IMG/VR virus record: IMGVR_UViG_3300048861_000045
Coordinates: 1-51,392 of that record
Reading direction: 5' to 3' (one strand)
DNA from: a virus
Taxonomy: Duplodnaviria > Caudoviricetes
DNA length: 51,392 bases
A program made the position numbers and the translations under genes. Shown in pieces: positions 17,960 through 28,124 of the stretch; position 1 is the stretch's first letter; each line of letters opens with the position of its first letter. The notes below the pieces were generated by a model. That model saw nothing but the letters and a program-made list of their open reading frames with translations, ran no database searches and was not told where the DNA came from.

Positions 17960-20900
17960 TAGCGTTGCCGCCTTGCTGTGGTGCTAGTACGTAGCGCCTT
18001 CGATGTTTTGGAGTTTGGATTGTTGACGGCATTTGCAACGGCCAAATCGCTATGCTGACTTACAGCTTGCTCAGCAGCATCCTGCGCAATGATTCTCATC
18101 TCAGAAGCACCAATCTGAACCTTCTGGAACTTGACACCTGACGTGTGATCCTCGATAACGACCTTCATCTGCGGTGAGCTGCCCACAGAGCCGGAACGCG
18201 TCTGCTGAACCGTCTGACCCTTCTGTGCTCCACCGCTGTTGATCGCGTGAAGGAGATCGAGGTTCTTTGACGTGGCAGCAGCATTGACGACGTACTCGCC
18301 GTGCGACAGAAGCCTCAAATTCGAATCCGAACGGCCTGTACCTGCGCCGACGATCAAGCCGCCGTCCTTGTGGCCTGCAATGCCGATTCCGCTTAGCGCA
18401 GCGACCGTCTCAGAGATCGCGGTGGTAGCGATTATGCCTGCGCTTGCCGGTCCTGCATTAGCGCCAAGGGTTGCCAAGCTGACGAGCGATGCAGCCGGTG
18501 CCCAGGCCGCTGCCGTGGTCGCTGCTGCCGCTGTGTTGCTGGTGGTCTCAGTCTCGCCAAAGATGGCCGTCACAGCCTTCAGGACAAGCATCTGTAGGCC
18601 AACCTTGATCAGACCGCTGATGAGCTGGCTGATGGCGTTCCGAGCCACATCCTTGAAGGCATCTCCCAGGTTGTCAGCGTAGACAATAGCGCGACCGATG
18701 CTGTCTGCTATGCCGTCCGCAATCGTCTTGAAGGTATCGGAGTACACCTGCTTGATCTGTTTCGCTGCTGTGGTGAAGTTGCTCACGTAGTCAGCCAGCG
18801 CACCAGCAAACGGAGACTTCTGCGAGGTCGCTTGACCATTCGCGAGGTTAGAGTCATTGATCTGATTGTTGATTCGCGCAAGCTGACTCTGTTTTGCCAT
18901 GTTCGACAACTCAGTAGTCGCGGCGTTGTTGACTGCAACCTTCTGCGCAGCTAGCTTTTGCAACGATCCGGTTGTCTGATCGTACAAGTCACGGCTTGCA
19001 GCTTCGATGAGGTTGCGCTGTGCAAGCAATGTCAGAGTTGTGCGTAGCTGAGCTTCTTCCTGGGTGCTGAGCGTAATGCCTTGCTGCCGAAGCTGATTCT
19101 CGACTTGCTGAATCTCTTGACTGACCTGCAAGGCAATACCGTACTGACCATAAAGCTCAGTTTGTTGTTCTAAGCCACGCGAATATTCAAACAACGGTTG
19201 TGTTGCGTCCGTGTAGCTTTGAGTAGCCTTAGCAACGGCCTGAGCGATGCGGCTTTGCAGTTCAGGATGATCAGCAGCAACCTGATCAGCAGCAGTAATG
19301 AAGTCGTTATAGTTCTTCTGAACGTTGTTTGCTTGATCGTAAACGCTGTTCAGAGCACGTTGCTTATCGACGTTGTGCTGAATGTAATCAGCAGTGATCG
19401 TCAGAAGATCGATCTGATCGTCAGACAACGTGATGTGTTTCTTCTGTGCTTCCTGAAAGATTCGATCAAGCTCAGTTGTTTCTTTTAGAGCCTCGCCATA
19501 CTTGGTCAGAGCAGACGCCTGATCAGCCAACTTCTGAATGGCTTCATCGCCAAAGGTTTGATCAGCGATCTGATTGCGGAACGGCAACTCTTTCGCCTGA
19601 AGCTTGCTTGCATTCAGCGGGTTGATGCTTGACTCTTTGCCCACAAGAAAGTTCAAGTCTTGTTGAGGCGTCGCCTTCTTTCCAGTGCTCTGAAGGATGC
19701 TGGTCTGGTACTTGGTGAACTCAGCTTCGAGGTTCTTCCACTCAGCAGCAGCAAGCTTGGTCTCAGCTCGCATCGAAGACGTTTGATCGCGCAGAGCGTC
19801 GACAGCCTTGTTCTTGCCGATGTTATCCATCGTAAGATCGAGACCGCGCAATTCTTGCTGCGCCAACTGCACTGACTTGCCAAGCAGGGTTAGATTAGCA
19901 GTCTGATCTTTCAGACCGTTGTATTGCACTGCTGAACCGTACGGAGTCGACGCAAGGCTGGTGCCCTGTTGCTTGAATTTATCCTGAATCTTCTGACGAG
20001 CGTTATACTCTGCGTTCAGAGTGGTGATGGTCGCTTGGATTGCTTTGCGCTCTTCTTCATATGCGGTGACTGTTGCCGCCTGAGCCGCCTTAGAATCTTT
20101 GTTTCCCGCTGCGACATCGAGTGCGGATGTCGCCTTGGAACGCGCTTCATCGATTTTTTCAAAGGCTGATCGTATCGAGGCTTCGACATCGTTCGTAGTT
20201 CCTTGTCCTGTGATTACCGATTGAACGAATCCAATGCGGTTCTTTGATAGAAGCTTGTCGAGGTCGCCTTGCACACGCTGAAGAGACGTGTCGAGTCGAT
20301 CAGCAGCCTGACGCGCTTCATCCAGCGCCAGTTGTGCGCCGTTACTCGTCGGCTTGTGTTCTAACCGTGAGATAGTCTGATCCAACTTGTCATTCGCTAC
20401 TGCAAGCGAGTCGTTCGTCTTTCGCAGAGGAATGATCGCTTCGTCAAACGCGATGCCTATGTTGTGGGCAGAGTCGACGGCCTTACGAACAAAGTCATAC
20501 AGAGCCGTGCCAGCCTCTTTCAGAATCTCGATGAATGCGACACCGCCGATGATTGGGAAAACAGCTTTCAGTGCAGGACCAAGCGAAAGCGTCTTTGTCA
20601 AGAAGTTCTCAAAGGCACGGCGCGACGATACGCCTGAAAGAACTATCGAGGCGGCACTAGCTGCTTGCAATTCGGTCAAGCCATGTATCTTGGTTCCTAG
20701 TGCTTCAGTCGCAGCAGCGTTTGCAAGCTTCGCTTCAGTGTCACGTACTTCAGCACTGATGACATCGCCCATAACCGTTGCAACCAAGCGTTGCGTCTCG
20801 GCAAACCGCTCATCTGCACTCACCAGACTCTCAGTCGCAAGACGCAACTGATCCTGTTCAACAATCTCTTCAGTGGTCAACCGTCGACGCTGATCAAACG

Positions 20901-21528
20901 TTTCGAGCCAGATGACGCCTTGCGCTTCGAGCGCGGCGGTCGTCTCAGCCAGGGTTGCGCCAAAGACCTGCTCTTGTTGCGTCGTTGCTTTGATCGCGGC
21001 AGTGCTCAGCTCATAGCTTGCAGCCATCTTCAATATCGATTCGCTGTATGCCTGTGCTTCAGCGATTATGCTTTCGTACTCAACAACGCCAGCAGCAACC
21101 GCTTCGTTGATCGCCTCTTGCATGGCCAACTCTTCGGCCATCGCGGCAGCAGTGTCGCTACTATTTGCAGCCATGACCGCATTTGCGTTTGCCTGTTCAG
21201 TGATCGCTGCTGCTGCTGACTTGGCACCCGCTGTCTGTTTGGCTAGAGCAGAAGCGGTAACGTTCAGTGCGCTTGCAGCAGACTTCTGACTGGTAACAAG
21301 TCCTTCGGTCTCCCGCGCCAGTGCTGACGTGCTTCCCTCGGCGCTGGTGAGCAGGGACAGGAGACCACCAAGGCCAGACGACTTCAGAGAGTCGAGCTGT
21401 GCCTTCAGGGAGCCAATTTTAGAGGCTGCTTTGTCTGCGCCGTCAGCAATTGAGATAAGCCGAGGGGCTATTTGGGGGTCTACACTATTTTGGACGACAA
21501 TATCAATTGAATTGTTGCTGTCGGCCAT
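17959..21528 (-). CDS. tail tape measure protein
   Basis: 1189 aa, Ala-rich and helical; C-terminal GHKDGG.I.G.GTGRSD...LSHGEYVVNA. Confidence 0.9.
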   Translation of the reverse strand: MADSNNSIDIVVQNSVDPQIAPRLISIADGADKAASKIGSLKAQLDSLKSSGLGGLLSLLTSAEGSTSALARETEGLVTSQKSAASALNVTASALAKQTAGAKSAAAAITEQANANAVMAANSSDTAAAMAEELAMQEAINEAVAAGVVEYESIIAEAQAYSESILKMAASYELSTAAIKATTQQEQVFGATLAETTAALEAQGVIWLETFDQRRRLTTEEIVEQDQLRLATESLVSADERFAETQRLVATVMGDVISAEVRDTEAKLANAAATEALGTKIHGLTELQAASAASIVLSGVSSRRAFENFLTKTLSLGPALKAVFPIIGGVAFIEILKEAGTALYDFVRKAVDSAHNIGIAFDEAIIPLRKTNDSLAVANDKLDQTISRLEHKPTSNGAQLALDEARQAADRLDTSLQRVQGDLDKLLSKNRIGFVQSVITGQGTTNDVEASIRSAFEKIDEARSKATSALDVAAGNKDSKAAQAATVTAYEEERKAIQATITTLNAEYNARQKIQDKFKQQGTSLASTPYGSAVQYNGLKDQTANLTLLGKSVQLAQQELRGLDLTMDNIGKNKAVDALRDQTSSMRAETKLAAAEWKNLEAEFTKYQTSILQSTGKKATPQQDLNFLVGKESSINPLNASKLQAKELPFRNQIADQTFGDEAIQKLADQASALTKYGEALKETTELDRIFQEAQKKHITLSDDQIDLLTITADYIQHNVDKQRALNSVYDQANNVQKNYNDFITAADQVAADHPELQSRIAQAVAKATQSYTDATQPLFEYSRGLEQQTELYGQYGIALQVSQEIQQVENQLRQQGITLSTQEEAQLRTTLTLLAQRNLIEAASRDLYDQTTGSLQKLAAQKVAVNNAATTELSNMAKQSQLARINNQINDSNLANGQATSQKSPFAGALADYVSNFTTAAKQIKQVYSDTFKTIADGIADSIGRAIVYADNLGDAFKDVARNAISQLISGLIKVGLQMLVLKAVTAIFGETETTSNTAAAATTAAAWAPAASLVSLATLGANAGPASAGIIATTAISETVAALSGIGIAGHKDGGLIVGAGTGRSDSNLRLLSHGEYVVNAAATSKNLDLLHAINSGGAQKGQTVQQTRSGSVGSSPQMKVVIEDHTSGVKFQKVQIGASEMRIIAQDAAEQAVSQHSDLAVANAVNNPNSKTSKALRTSTTARRQR

Positions 21529-21539
21529 AGTCTACACTC

Positions 21540-22025
21540 CTAGTCAACGAGTGTAGCGCGACTTACTAATTTTTCAGCCAAAAGAATTGACTTATCAACA
21601 AATAATTCTGCCTGGGAAGAATGACCTTCATCCAAAGCACGAATATACGGCAACGTGTTAGTTATGTGAATAGATTGATCGTTCCCACAAGTGTTGATTG
21701 TCGCGTTGGCCAACTCTAAAGCCGGAGCTATGTTCGCCTGTCGAGTCGTCTCGGTATCGCCTCGATGCGTCCATGCTTTCGCACCGTCAGTCTGTTGCAT
21801 GTAACCTTCAGCAGATGGCTTGAACGCTGGTCGTGGCGCGGTCGCTGCTTCATCCAGGTTCACTTGCCAGTTCGATAAGGCAAGCCCTGTGTCGACCGGA
21901 GTTGTTTGCAGCAGGTTGAAGTTGATCGTGCTCGCAACCTGCTGCTTTAGTGTGTTGGCGCGAGCTGGAATATCGGTAGCCAACTTACGCATTTGTCTTC
22001 CGAGATCACCTAACTTACGCGCCAT
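21540..22025 (-). CDS. HK97 gp10-like tail completion protein
   Basis: TPVDTGLALSNWQV and ITNTLPYIRALDEGHSSQA. Confidence 0.85.
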   Translation of the reverse strand: MARKLGDLGRQMRKLATDIPARANTLKQQVASTINFNLLQTTPVDTGLALSNWQVNLDEAATAPRPAFKPSAEGYMQQTDGAKAWTHRGDTETTRQANIAPALELANATINTCGNDQSIHITNTLPYIRALDEGHSSQAELFVDKSILLAEKLVSRATLVD

Positions 22026-22029
22026 TGAG

Positions 22030-22296
22030 TTACTTCCTTTTCTTTGGAAAGTTGACTACCTGGACATTCGGCCAATAACCGTTCTTAGCTCGAAAGTTGA
22101 TTGCATGTTTGCGTTCGGAGTAAGACAGCGCACCGATTGTTATGTAGAACTCATAACCACCGCTACGTCCCTTGAAGTGACGCTTCGTAACCTTCGTTTT
22201 CTTCGGCAGTCGTTTGGAACGGTCGTGTTGAAGAATCACATAGCTCTTCACAGTCTTGTTCGCTTTGAGTAGGCTTACAGCGGTTTCAACGTTCAT
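22030..22296 (-). CDS. small basic hypothetical protein inserted in the tail module
   Basis: ATG 1 nt after the upstream stop; Lys/Arg-rich. Confidence 0.55.
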   Translation of the reverse strand: MNVETAVSLLKANKTVKSYVILQHDRSKRLPKKTKVTKRHFKGRSGGYEFYITIGALSYSERKHAINFRAKNGYWPNVQVVNFPKKRK

Positions 22297-22297
22297 G

Positions 22298-22630
22298 TTA
22301 TTTGTCCTTGTTCTGCTCAACCAGCCTGTTGATGTGAGCCGTATCCATAGCTCTAATGTGGGCAAACATACACTCTGCTTGATCTTCAGTTAGATCGTAG
22401 AACTCGATATATCTAGCAATCGAACTCCAAGGTATGTAGGTCCAACCAGTTCCATGATTACGATCTCGATCCAGTTCAAACCATGCGTCGTAGTAAAGCT
22501 CCAAACCCATTCGCAACTCAGGTGCATTTTGGAACTTGTCAGGAGCCTTACCACGAACCCGCATTGCGCTGTTGCTGACGGCCTGCTGCACTGGTCCTTG
22601 TTCAAGGCTGTACAGCAGAACGTCAACTAG
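22298..22630 (-). CDS. tail assembly chaperone, -1 frameshift extension (gpT-like)
   Basis: The -1 frame is open from the slippery site (NLVDVLLYSLEQGPVQQ...); IPWSSIARY...IRAMD. Confidence 0.7.
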   Translation of the reverse strand, partial: LVDVLLYSLEQGPVQQAVSNSAMRVRGKAPDKFQNAPELRMGLELYYDAWFELDRDRNHGTGWTYIPWSSIARYIEFYDLTEDQAECMFAHIRAMDTAHINRLVEQNKDK

Positions 22631-23061
22631 ATTTTTGAGTCTGCGGCAATCTCCGACTCACGAAAGAGCGACATCTTCTGTGCGTTCTCTCGCAGGCTTG
22701 TGTAAAGCTCAGGAAGCGCCTTGAACAGCTTCTCAGCATTCTCCGGCGTGTACTCAACACGTTCATGCGTGTCGAACACTTCAGGTACGATCAAATCTTT
22801 CCATCCGAGCAGGATTGTGGCGATGAACACGCGCATCGTGATTGCTTCGTCAATCGCTGGATCGAGTGTGTCATTGCGAATCGCGAAGATGTGCGGTTTG
22901 GTCTCCTGCTCAACCATCTTCTGATACCGTTTGTTGTTGCGGTGCATTCGAGCGATGCGGAACGTCGGCATGGAGCCATCCTCGTTCGCGCCTCCGAACG
23001 TTACTTCGATTCCTTCTACTTCGGCCTGACGGTTTGTTGCGAATTGCTTGAATAGTGACAT
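22627..23061 (-). CDS. tail assembly chaperone (gpG-like)
   Basis: Follows the tail tube gene; ILLGW..YTPENAEKLF..LPELY. Confidence 0.8.
   Translation of the reverse strand: MSLFKQFATNRQAEVEGIEVTFGGANEDGSMPTFRIARMHRNNKRYQKMVEQETKPHIFAIRNDTLDPAIDEAITMRVFIATILLGWKDLIVPEVFDTHERVEYTPENAEKLFKALPELYTSLRENAQKMSLFRESEIAADSKI
22631..22637 (-). other. predicted programmed -1 frameshift site (TCA AAA ATC TAG)
   Basis: A5 run just before the chaperone stop; a -1 shift joins the downstream ORF. Confidence 0.7.
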
Positions 23062-23085
23062 TGTTTTCCTCGTTCTAGATAGATA

Positions 23086-23107
23086 CAGGGGGTATCGCTA
23101 CCCCCTG
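23086..23107 (-). terminator. hairpin CAGGGGGTA-GCGA-TACCCCCTG after the tail tube gene
   Basis: Perfect 9-bp stem with GNRA loop; weak U-tract. Confidence 0.6.
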
Positions 23108-23131
23108 CTTGGTGCATGAAGCGTTCTTACG

Positions 23132-24781
23132 TTAGCCCTTGTAGTTGGCCATTGCGGAGTCAGGCAAATAGTGAAACTTGTTGTAGAGCGCCGTGTAGTT
23201 CTGCGCACCAGGAGATGCGGTCTGCGTGATGTCGGCCATGATCGGTTTGTCCTTCTCAACCTTCAGTCCATTCAGACCAAGAGTGAGTAGTGGAAGATCG
23301 ATCAAGAAGCCTTCGTTCTGCTTGGCGAAGATGTTGGTGAGACCGACATCAGCGTTGTTGCGAACCGCCTGCTGAGCTGCGATGTCATCGAAGTAGCAGG
23401 TGAGTGTGCCTGATACGTCGAAGTTGCCCACAGTGCCCTCGAAGCCGCCGACGACTCCGATTGCCTTGTTGACCGAAGCGTTATTGTTGATGGTCAACTT
23501 CTCGTCGGTCGCGTAACCGAAGAGCGGTGCCTGGGTGGTTGCAGCGGTGTTGATGATGTAGAGCAACATCGCATATACGTCCTGCGAAGTGTTGTAGGCA
23601 GTCTCACGCGAAAGAGCCGAGTACGTTCCAGGCAGGCTTGCGGTGTACTGCTGAGCCGTGTCCATAGCAACGAAGCTCATATCGCAATCGAGCTTGCTGT
23701 TGGACGCCATATTGAGAGTGAACTGATCAGGAATTGCACCAGACACAGACTCAAGATTGTCTTGGTTGCCGACACCCTTGCCCAGATAGCGTTGCAGAGT
23801 GTACGTCCGACGAATGATGTCTGCCACAGCAGGCTCGTTGCGAATGACCGTGCCAAAGAACAAGCTAACGTAAGCAGAGGCACCAATCGCAATCGATCCA
23901 TCACCTGTGCCGCTCAGCGCCCATGCATCCGAACCAATTGAGATGTCAAAGGTGAGCTGAGTTGCAGTGATCGAACCAATGCGGCAGAAGCCACGGCAGC
24001 GCACGTTGCCAGTTCCGATGAAGTTGAACTCGGTCGCTCCGGTATCCGCGAGCGAATCAGTGCTGTCACCCAGGTAAACCCATTCGCCAGGGATCAGGCC
24101 GAGAGTTGTGAAGTTCAGCGTTGCGGACGAAAGGAACGGCTGAATCACCGGGCCACCGCCGAACGTAGAACCAGGGCCATAGAGCTTGACATCGCCGCTC
24201 AGGGCAAAGCCGACAACGCGGAGCCTTGCAGTGGACGGAGGGGCCGGCTCATCGACCAGGGCATGAGCAGGTTTGTTGGCAAGGTGACTCACCGCTGTAA
24301 CCTTCGCAGCAGTTGAGATCGTTACGCGAGACAGTGTGTTGTTCGCGTTCTTGCCGAAGCCTTCGCTCTTGACGATGGCACCCACAAGGGGCGTCAGACC
24401 GTTTGCAGCGTTGAAGTTCTGAATCGTTGGCCCTGATGTCGCCAGAACGCTTGTGACCGGCACCTGAGTGCCATTCAAAGGCTGCGTAGCGAACTTCTCA
24501 CGCGCAGTCGAGAAGAAGAAGCCTTGCAGCAGACGAGTGATCTGATTCTGAACGAAATCGAGGTTGAAGCCTGCGCTTACGTCGAGATCGGTGACAGTTC
24601 CCTTCGCTCGCTGACGAGATGCGTTGATGGGTTCGCGTGGTGTGGTTTTGAGGTCGCCGCCGAAACTCGCGTAGGTATTAGGCTCCAGTGGATACCATAC
24701 CGGCGTGGTTGGAAGCACCTTCAGGCTTGCTTCCTCAGCGTAGGTTAGATTTGTCTTATTGCTGTCAATCGTTGCTGGCAT
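23132..24781 (-). CDS. major tail tube protein
   Basis: LEPNTYASFGG..REPINASRQR.KG..TDLD; G.FDVSGTLTCYF; synteny. Confidence 0.85.
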   Translation of the reverse strand: MPATIDSNKTNLTYAEEASLKVLPTTPVWYPLEPNTYASFGGDLKTTPREPINASRQRAKGTVTDLDVSAGFNLDFVQNQITRLLQGFFFSTAREKFATQPLNGTQVPVTSVLATSGPTIQNFNAANGLTPLVGAIVKSEGFGKNANNTLSRVTISTAAKVTAVSHLANKPAHALVDEPAPPSTARLRVVGFALSGDVKLYGPGSTFGGGPVIQPFLSSATLNFTTLGLIPGEWVYLGDSTDSLADTGATEFNFIGTGNVRCRGFCRIGSITATQLTFDISIGSDAWALSGTGDGSIAIGASAYVSLFFGTVIRNEPAVADIIRRTYTLQRYLGKGVGNQDNLESVSGAIPDQFTLNMASNSKLDCDMSFVAMDTAQQYTASLPGTYSALSRETAYNTSQDVYAMLLYIINTAATTQAPLFGYATDEKLTINNNASVNKAIGVVGGFEGTVGNFDVSGTLTCYFDDIAAQQAVRNNADVGLTNIFAKQNEGFLIDLPLLTLGLNGLKVEKDKPIMADITQTASPGAQNYTALYNKFHYLPDSAMANYKG

Positions 24782-24791
24782 GGTAAAGCCC

Positions 24792-25241
24792 TCACTTAGT
24801 TGTTCTGTAGGTGCAGGTGATAACTACGTTCACTTGGTTCTTTGTTTCATTTCCGGCAACGGGAGAAACCCTCTGCCCCCGAAACCAAACTTCGCCTGAC
24901 GTTGAAGGTGTGCAGAACGCATTCCTCACTACGTCAGCCATCTGCTTTGCGGTGCGTAATGCGCTCGCCTTCTTCTTCGGCGCATAAATCTGCATCGCAA
25001 ACAATCCGTCTTCCTCGTACGTGCTCACACCCTGATAGCGGCTCAGTGATGCTTGCTCTGCGGTAACGACACTGAAACTGCACCGCGCATAAATCTCATC
25101 AACGTCTGCTGGTGGAACAGGGCTATCGGGAAAATAGAGCTTCGGTTGATAGTGCAATCCGCTGCCGTCTATAGACGACACCCATGCCCTGTTTGCGATA
25201 CCGTAAATCTCGTCTTCGGCTTGTAGATAGGTGATGCTCAC
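24792..25241 (-). CDS. tail terminator-like protein
   Basis: GLFAMQIYAP..G.VWFR; synteny. Confidence 0.65.
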   Translation of the reverse strand: MSITYLQAEDEIYGIANRAWVSSIDGSGLHYQPKLYFPDSPVPPADVDEIYARCSFSVVTAEQASLSRYQGVSTYEEDGLFAMQIYAPKKKASALRTAKQMADVVRNAFCTPSTSGEVWFRGQRVSPVAGNETKNQVNVVITCTYRTTK

Positions 25242-25612
25242 GACTTGAACACCAACTTCCAGAGGATGATTTGACCGTTCGGTGCAAGCTTCGTTGCAGA
25301 CTTCAAAGCCATCTTCGTTCCATCGCCGCGAACAATTGTGTCGTCAGCTTTCGGTGTGAAGCCCACAGATGCCATCAACGCTTTCTGGCTACCTTCTTCA
25401 ACCGGCGAACCACTCAACAACTGAAAGAAAGGATTGCCGCTATTGATGGTGAACAATACCGAAACATCGTGCGTATCAGGCACACCTTCTGTCTGAATCC
25501 AAGGGGTGTCAGGACCGGACGTTGGCGCACCAGCAATAACGCACTGACAAAGCTCTCCGTTCTCCTCAATCAACCGCTGCGCCAGCGCAACTTGACGATC
25601 AAACCGACCCAT
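25238..25612 (-). CDS. head closure/head-tail protein
   Basis: AQRLIEENG..LAPNG..ILW; synteny. Confidence 0.6.
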   Translation of the reverse strand: MGRFDRQVALAQRLIEENGELCQCVIAGAPTSGPDTPWIQTEGVPDTHDVSVLFTINSGNPFFQLLSGSPVEEGSQKALMASVGFTPKADDTIVRGDGTKMALKSATKLAPNGQIILWKLVFKS

Positions 25613-26121
25613 TACACCCTCACCGTTCGAAGTGAGAATGAGCCGCCGCCTCGAATAAGCAAATCACGAAGCAACGCATTCACAGCAGGCATTGTCGGTG
25701 TTGCAAGCGTTCCAAGCGTCTCAGAATAAGTTGTCTCGATGACATCAACCTTCTCTCGCGTAACAAACTTGCCGCCATCGCCACCAGCAGTTGTAGGCAT
25801 CAATTCGATACCTTTCGATTGCTCAATGACGAGCTGGCACTGAGCTTTAGCGAGCTTGTCAGACATAACATAGTCTGTTGCTGAGTTGCTTACTTTGCGC
25901 GGCCAAGCAAGCGCCTGAGTCGTTGTTGCAGGTATGAAGATGTACGACAGAGATTCGAGGTAATCGGTAGCTAGGACAAGCCAAGGCTCAACAGGATCAA
26001 CCTCGCCTTGAACATCAGGAAGGGCAATACCGCGATCACTTGCATACTGACGCGCTCCTGCGGCGTCTACATAAGCATTTGCGTTCGGTTTGCCCGTTCC
26101 GTCCTCGACTACGATTGGCAT
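25612..26121 (-). CDS. head-tail adaptor (DnaT_2-like family)
   Basis: VEDGTG..NANAYV, QALAWPR and EKVDVIETTY. Confidence 0.8.
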   Translation of the reverse strand: MPIVVEDGTGKPNANAYVDAAGARQYASDRGIALPDVQGEVDPVEPWLVLATDYLESLSYIFIPATTTQALAWPRKVSNSATDYVMSDKLAKAQCQLVIEQSKGIELMPTTAGGDGGKFVTREKVDVIETTYSETLGTLATPTMPAVNALLRDLLIRGGGSFSLRTVRV

Positions 26122-26453
26122 TACTTCTCCTCAACCTCATCTTCGGTTGCAACATCGCTCTGACCTTCGTTCGCAGCAGGAGCAGGCACAGGCGTCAAAG
26201 TAACAGATGCGTTGAACTGCTGAGTCTCGATGTGCTGATTGGTACGAAATTCAGTCATGGCCGCTTCTGCTGATGCTTTGTCAGAATACTGAGCAGGAAC
26301 GTGAACACCTGCTACACCGTCACACTCTTCTGCTGGATCGTCAGCTTTGACGTTGTTCAGGTTGCGGAACTGGACACCAGACAGCGAAGCGACAACCTGA
26401 CGGTCGTAATTGCTTGGCTGCGATCCATCGATAAAGTAAAGAATCTTTGGCAT
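26121..26453 (-). CDS. virion-associated hypothetical protein
   Basis: KILYFIDG..VQFRN..EECDGVAG; located in the head module; RBS AGGAG. Confidence 0.65.
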   Translation of the reverse strand: MPKILYFIDGSQPSNYDRQVVASLSGVQFRNLNNVKADDPAEECDGVAGVHVPAQYSDKASAEAAMTEFRTNQHIETQQFNASVTLTPVPAPAANEGQSDVATEDEVEEK

Positions 26454-26467
26454 AATGACTCCTGAAG

Positions 26468-26491
26468 AAGAGGGGTATCGCTACCCCTCTT
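26468..26491 (-). terminator. hairpin AAGAGGGGTA-GCGA-TACCCCTCTT
   Basis: Perfect 10-bp stem; 16-nt core identical to the 23086 hairpin. Confidence 0.65.
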
Positions 26492-26502
26492 TCATCGGTT
26501 GA

Positions 26503-27006
26503 TTAGGCGTTCTGCTTCCAGACCGGTGTAGCCGTGGTGGGCTTCGCAGGGCCGTTGGCCGCAGCGACCAGAGCCGCCTTCTTCGCAGGATCGGTCTCAG
26601 CGTCAATCGCGTCCTGTGCCTGCTTTGCAGCAAGCGCAGCAGCGGTATCAGCGTCCTGCTGACGCTCAAGCTCCTCGTCGGAAAGCTCAACCTCAACACC
26701 ATTCTCCGCGTCGATTGCATCAGCCTTTTCGAGATCGTTCTGAGCAGCCTCAGCAGGCGTCAGAGGAGCAGGAGCCTGCACCTGTTTCACAACCCTGGAC
26801 TCGCGCAGAATACGCTCTGCAACTCGCCGGTTGTTGTCGTTGTAGCCGAAAGGATGTTCAGTATCGTCCATCGGTTCAGGCTTTTTGAAAGGATCAGCCT
26901 GGGGTGGGACCGTAGATTTGGTCTTCGCCTGAGCCTCTGCCTTCTCATTGTTATTGCGAGCAACGTTGTGCGCTGCAAGAAGTTCCTGTTGGGTGGGCTT
27001 TGCCAT
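26503..27006 (-). CDS. Ala/Glu-rich hypothetical protein downstream of the capsid gene
   Basis: RBS GAGGA; operon position. Confidence 0.65.
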   Translation of the reverse strand: MAKPTQQELLAAHNVARNNNEKAEAQAKTKSTVPPQADPFKKPEPMDDTEHPFGYNDNNRRVAERILRESRVVKQVQAPAPLTPAEAAQNDLEKADAIDAENGVEVELSDEELERQQDADTAAALAAKQAQDAIDAETDPAKKAALVAAANGPAKPTTATPVWKQNA

Positions 27007-27071
27007 GTCGTTTCCTCGTAGTGCAGAAGATGAAGTAAGGGCGATCCTTTACGAGCAATCGCCCACAGGTG

Positions 27072-28091
27072 TTATCCGTTGGTGCGGAGGAAGGTCATCG
27101 GAACCAGCTTGCGGGTTACGACACGCGCCCAATTAGCAGCGAGCGTGAGGTTCGCGTTCGTGGCGTTGGTTCCAGCGCTTACAGTGTTGTTCGTGAACTG
27201 GTAGCCGAAGGGATGGATGATCCACCGCTTACGCTCACCAATCGACTGAACACCTGCACCGTTGCCCTTCAGCGGCTCACTGAGGACTTCAGTGGGAAGC
27301 TTGGAAGGAACGCCTTCAGCGTATCCGATTGCACCCTTCCCGAACAGAATCGACGTATAGACGAATCCGTTGGTAGCTCCGGCGACCACCGGCATACCGT
27401 CATCAACGATGACCTGTTTGCCCATGAAGATGCCGATAGCAGGCTCGTTCTCGGACGGCTTGAAATACTGGATCATGTTGTTCTTGACCATCTGCGCTTC
27501 GACCACCGAATGAACGGCGACCGCAACGATCTGATCAGCAGCATCACCCATCGTGTACAGAGCGTTGACGAAAGCGGTTCCAGACATCAGGTTTGCAGAG
27601 GTTGCCGACAAACCAGCAGGAATCGACACGTCAACAACCATGTCGCCAGCATTCTGTGCAACGTTGGCGTTGTACAGACCCTTGCAGAGAGCGAGCAAAC
27701 GCTTCTGCCACTGACGAGTCCACCAAGTACCGAAACGGTTCTTGATATGCTGCATCGGATCGCTACCGGAGAGGTCGGTAACAAGGTTCGCATCCGAGTA
27801 CCACTTATTGAGATCGGCAATGCGAGTAACCATCTTGGCCGAACCGACTTTATCCGGCACAGCAAGATCGGTAGGACTGTCGGTGCCATAGTTCGGCTCC
27901 GCAGTGTCATCAAGATCGTTCCAGAAAGGAAGATCGACAGTTGAGCCGCCAGCAGAGAAAGCATTGATCAATGCTTCATTGGTGACAGCGACACCCGAAG
28001 AGAAGAAGGCAGTCTTTTCGGGACTATCCACCGAAGTCATGGTTGCATAGACTTGGGGGATATAAGCATCGGTAAGCTGAACGAGAGCCAT
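27072..28091 (-). CDS. major capsid protein
   Basis: GGSTVDLPFWNDL, DLSGSDPM, HSVV, G..VIVDDGMP and IIHPFG. Confidence 0.9.
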   Translation of the reverse strand: MALVQLTDAYIPQVYATMTSVDSPEKTAFFSSGVAVTNEALINAFSAGGSTVDLPFWNDLDDTAEPNYGTDSPTDLAVPDKVGSAKMVTRIADLNKWYSDANLVTDLSGSDPMQHIKNRFGTWWTRQWQKRLLALCKGLYNANVAQNAGDMVVDVSIPAGLSATSANLMSGTAFVNALYTMGDAADQIVAVAVHSVVEAQMVKNNMIQYFKPSENEPAIGIFMGKQVIVDDGMPVVAGATNGFVYTSILFGKGAIGYAEGVPSKLPTEVLSEPLKGNGAGVQSIGERKRWIIHPFGYQFTNNTVSAGTNATNANLTLAANWARVVTRKLVPMTFLRTNG

Positions 28092-28124
28092 GGTAGGCGA
28101 TCCTTAGTTGGGTAAAAGTGGGTG

